Below are positions 20,713 through 21,932 of a stretch of DNA of 21,932 bases, in pieces (the first letter of the stretch is position 1; each line of letters begins with the position of its first letter). The notes under the pieces are model-generated. The model worked only from the letters and a program-made list of their open reading frames with translations. It had not been told where the DNA came from and did no database searches. Source of the stretch: Octopus sinensis (lineage: Eukaryota); assembly GCF_006345805.1 (NCBI RefSeq), contig NW_021823607.1, positions 1 through 21,932 of the forward strand, written 5' to 3'. Position numbers and translations under genes: made by a program.

Positions 20713-21663
20713 CTGTTTGTGTGTGTGTGTGTGTGTATTTATACGTACATATTTGCATATACATATACATATATAGATACATATATATTTCGGGGTATGT
20801 AAGTACGTATTACCGTATGCGTACGATCAATGGGAAAATAAAATAAATATGTGTTCAATAACGTGCATCAAAATCAATGTTTTTAACTACAGATGCAGAG
20901 GAAAATATACTCGCAATTCGCTCGCGTATATAGCAAAATTATATATTGTAAAAATATTAAAATACTAAAAAATCAATGTTCCATTTAAAACAAATTATTA
21001 GATATTGTTTACCGATTCTTCAAAGAGACGCATGTAAGCTGGGTTGCTTTTAAAATGGTCACTCTGTACTTGTGTAATATCTATGTTTTGTATAGTTTAT
21101 GTAGCGATATAATATTTTTGTACAGACGTCTGGATAAAATAATGCATATAACTAATGTTTTAAATCATATATCATATATATCATCACGATTATTTATATT
21201 TGTTGGTCTGATATATGGGAAGAGATTAAAATTCGAAAGGGCTGGCCTAAAAGCAATAAATGTATGTCTTCGGTATTACTGTATTCTCAATGTGTCTAAT
21301 GCCATTTGATACATAACACGCACACAGATACTTACATACATAAACATACATACATTTATGTATATATATATATATTTGTTGAAATGGAAAGATGAATTAT
21401 CTTGTTACGGATTATTCAAAGGTTTAACCGATACCTGGGTAGCGAAAATCACAGCAGAAAAAACACGGTTGGAGATATGACCATATGGTGTTGCAACCGT
21501 GCGTTGGCGCGGATAATTGAAGTTTAATATATTAGTGAATGGAAGAAATGGAGTTGAACGAAGATTGTACAGAATTCCTTTTATTACATTCTACCATTTT
21601 CAAAGGCCACAATTTTCCAAATTCTGATTAAATAAGGATACCATATTGCAGCTTTCTCTTCAG

Positions 21664-21750
21664 GAAAAACAGGAATTACGTTGTCAGAACAAAACAAAAC
21701 AAAGGCGCAGCAAAGCAATTCGAACGAGGACGTTCCTTAAGAGCCCATGG
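21664..21750 (+). other. Candidate 87-nt internal exon (unconfirmed)
   Basis: ctttctcttcAG|G acceptor, GG|GTAAAA donor, 87 nt, two of three frames open, relatively GC-rich. No recognisable homology. Confidence 0.25.
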
Positions 21751-21833
21751 GTAAAATGTTTATCAATGTACGTTGAAATCGGGGGGTTGGTGGGGGCCGC
21801 CAAAGAGGGTCCGTTGGAATAAATCCAGGTCAC

Positions 21834-21869
<36 letters not shown>

Positions 21870-21872
<3 letters not shown>

Positions 21873-21932
21873 AGTGTTTACGAAGAAAACAAAAGACGAA
21901 AACCGGTGTTGTACAAAACAGATGTATTAGTA
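21870..21932 (-). mobile_element. Family H2 retroelement end, running off the window
   Basis: (TA)n-gggagtgtttacgaagaaaacaaaagacgaa...gtattagta is homologous to 3054-3120. Confidence 0.7.

Noticed and set aside
1402-20802. Most ORFs in the supplied track (YIYI, HTHT, CVCV, MYVC runs)
   Set aside because: They are translations of (TA)n, (CA)n and (TATG)n microsatellites or SINE sequence, which lack stops by construction; no coding signal.
1-21932. CRISPR array, rRNA or prokaryotic operon
   Set aside because: No regularly spaced repeat-spacer array or rRNA-like sequence; the window is eukaryotic repeat-rich DNA.

Overview
Non-coding, very AT-rich animal genomic DNA. A large share of it is microsatellite: (TA)n, (CA)n, (TATG)n, (GA)n. 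The repeat families match my recollection of octopus (coleoid cephalopod) repeats; this is an inference, not checked against a database. No intact protein-coding gene is supported, and almost all supplied ORFs are microsatellite artefacts. Recognisable content: about 14 copies or fragments of three tRNA-derived SINE families, two decayed Tc1/mariner transposase fossils (DD37D/maT type at 1866-2350, mariner type at 6362-6610), and several short elements sitting inside (TA)n arrays. The most interesting signal is in those (TA)n-embedded elements. They carry minimal type I hammerhead ribozyme motifs with a palindromic stem III: one with a fully canonical core (18532-18582, minus strand), one intact-looking U4C variant (18295-18329) and several damaged copies. 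In five minus-strand copies, from at least three divergent sequence families, the predicted cleavage site lies 92, 92, 92, 97 and 101 nt from the element end, which in four of them abuts a (TA)n array. Two further islands (206-578, 604-1200) show back-to-back inverted duplications around a hammerhead-like motif. Together this looks like (TA)n-targeting Penelope-like or retrozyme-like retroelement ends, but no RT or endonuclease ORF is visible in the window.
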